Shown here one piece after another: positions 62,723 through 64,000 of a stretch of DNA of 64,000 nt. Under the pieces are notes generated by a model. It worked only from the letters and a program-made list of their open reading frames with translations. It was not told where the DNA came from and did not search any database. The stretch's first letter is position 1, and the number at the start of each line of letters is the position of its first letter. Location of the stretch: assembly GCA_035299485.1 (NCBI GenBank), contig DATGWM010000014.1, forward strand, positions 160,370 through 224,369. The letters are read 5' to 3'. The position numbers were made by a program, and so were the translations under genes. Source of the DNA: Fluviicola sp. (GTDB taxonomy: Bacteria; Bacteroidota; Bacteroidia; Flavobacteriales_D; Crocinitomicaceae).

Positions 62723-64000
62723 GTCAACAATTGTCATCGCTCACTACGGCTTGGACAGAAGAATCACAAGAGAAGAATGTCTGGCGACTCTAGCACCAGG
62801 AGAAAAAGAGGGAGCTATTTTCATCGATTTTGAAGCTGGTAATGCTAAGCTCAGCGAACTTTATGAGTTATCGTTTGATAATATAGCACTATTCCAACAG
62901 CGCAAATTTGCTGAATTAGTGAAGCCTAAGCTAGATGAGTATCCGGATGCAAGAATTGCATATTTTGGATATGTTCCAATCCCTATTGCATTTCACTTCG
63001 GTTACCTACTTGGCAATACGCATCCCTACACAATTTACCAGCTCCACCATAAAACCAATAAGTGGTATAAGGAAACTCAAAAGCCATCCGAAGACTATGT
63101 GTTTTCAATACAACCATTACTACTCCCGACTGAAAATCAAAAAGGAAAAGGTGAGGTTGTTATCCGTGTGGGAACTTCTTTCGAAATTGACACACAGTCA
63201 ACGTATGAAGTTATTTCCAATCCTGAAAACGAATTTGACATTAGCCTAACCCAACCGCATGTAGACTCCTTATATGATCAGAAGAACATATCAGATGTAG
63301 TTGAAGCCTTTCAGGAGGTTTTAAATGCATATGCGAATAAATTGAGTGACCGGGAGAAAATTCATTTGTTTATTGCCTCTTCGTGTGGACTGCCATTTGC
63401 TTTAGGGACCAGGATTAATCCGAACATTTATCCATATATACAGACTTATCAATTTAGCAGAAATGAATCACCAAAATATAAAGAGGCTGTTCTAGTTACA
63501 AAGGAAGTCGATGATCGTATTATTCTTTCCGAAAGCGATCGACTGATTGCAAAAGGCATCCGGGACAAATGGTATGACCAGCTGGAAAACGGATTGAAGC
63601 CATTTATAGAGACAATCGCAGGGAAAAAATCGGACAATTGGTTACAAATGCTATGTACTGACGAAGAGTACCAAACCGTCAGTCAACATCTATGTCACCC
63701 TTGGAATTCCGTTACGGATATAAACAAAACCAGTCTTAAACATGATTCCATTGACACAGAAAGAGTGGATGTTGATGATAGCTTTGAATACATTGAGAAA
63801 ACAAATACTTGGCTTCTCGATGATGGATTTTTGTTTGGACTGAGCAATAGACTCAACAAAAAGCCAGAAACGGATGTTATGCAGGCAGCTCGATTGTTTT
63901 TCTTCCATGAGGCCCTTCACTACAGCATTGAAGGACATCGATTAACTAGAGAAATCGCCAACGGTATTGGCCAATTTCCAAAGGTTATAGAAGAAGCCGA
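62709..64000 (+). CDS. SAVED domain fused to a C-terminal HExxH putative metallopeptidase (partial, runs off right edge)
   Basis: Not in ORF track; 430 codons without a stop. SAVED motifs IAYFGYVPIPIAFHFGYLL and IHLFIASSCGLPFALGTRIN; FFFHEALHY (HEALH at 63906-63920) followed by KVIEEAD. Confidence 0.85.
   Translation, partial: MKTDKSTIVIAHYGLDRRITREECLATLAPGEKEGAIFIDFEAGNAKLSELYELSFDNIALFQQRKFAELVKPKLDEYPDARIAYFGYVPIPIAFHFGYLLGNTHPYTIYQLHHKTNKWYKETQKPSEDYVFSIQPLLLPTENQKGKGEVVIRVGTSFEIDTQSTYEVISNPENEFDISLTQPHVDSLYDQKNISDVVEAFQEVLNAYANKLSDREKIHLFIASSCGLPFALGTRINPNIYPYIQTYQFSRNESPKYKEAVLVTKEVDDRIILSESDRLIAKGIRDKWYDQLENGLKPFIETIAGKKSDNWLQMLCTDEEYQTVSQHLCHPWNSVTDINKTSLKHDSIDTERVDVDDSFEYIEKTNTWLLDDGFLFGLSNRLNKKPETDVMQAARLFFFHEALHYSIEGHRLTREIANGIGQFPKVIEEA

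Larger units (their letters stand above)
55650..64000. other. AT-rich defence/accessory island (right end outside the window)
   Basis: Visibly lower GC than pcrA and the barrel gene; defence gene content; no integrase or att site seen. Confidence 0.55.

Noticed and set aside
62935-63938. Short ORF-track calls 62935-63249, 63449-63637 and 63690-63938
   Set aside because: All overlap the uninterrupted SAVED-HExxH reading frame out of frame or antisense
53450-64000. Prophage or integrative element call based on ssb and Panacea genes
   Set aside because: No integrase, terminase, structural, relaxase or conjugation genes and no att repeats in the window

Overview
Bacteroidota chromosome segment, probably a Crocinitomicaceae/Fluviicola-like organism. 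This is inferred from the T9SS cargo proteins, the GLPGLI protein, TAnnTTTG promoters and the fusA-rpsJ junction without tuf. Layout: (1-8.4 kb) pseudaminic-acid-type glycan cluster (pseB, pseC, pseF, methylase, amidotransferase plus HisH/HisF, formyltransferase, PIG-L deacetylase), cut by the left edge. (8.6-24.2 kb) housekeeping and secreted proteins (rdgB, icd, truncated globin, OmpA protein, hutU, T9SS cargo, eno, carA). (24.3-25.1 kb) HEPN-MNT toxin-antitoxin pair. (25.2-42.5 kb) fused str-S10-spc-alpha ribosomal cluster. (42.8-53.4 kb) fabH-like gene, two T9SS cargo genes, pcrA/uvrD, GLPGLI protein and outer-membrane barrel. (53.5-64 kb) accessory/defence region, AT-rich from about 55.7 kb: Panacea antitoxin plus 2-TM protein, three tandem tail-less SSBs, a small acidic protein, a TPR histidine kinase with LuxR regulator, and an operon of caspase-like protease, CD-NTase, HORMA, TRIP13 and a SAVED effector. 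The ORF track missed the effector (62709 to the window end, no stop); I translated it by hand and it is a SAVED domain fused to a C-terminal HExxH putative metallopeptidase. The best candidate for a new system is this type III CBASS with two proteases, which may form a nucleotide-triggered proteolytic cascade. No tRNA, rRNA, CRISPR array, integrase or transposase was recognised.
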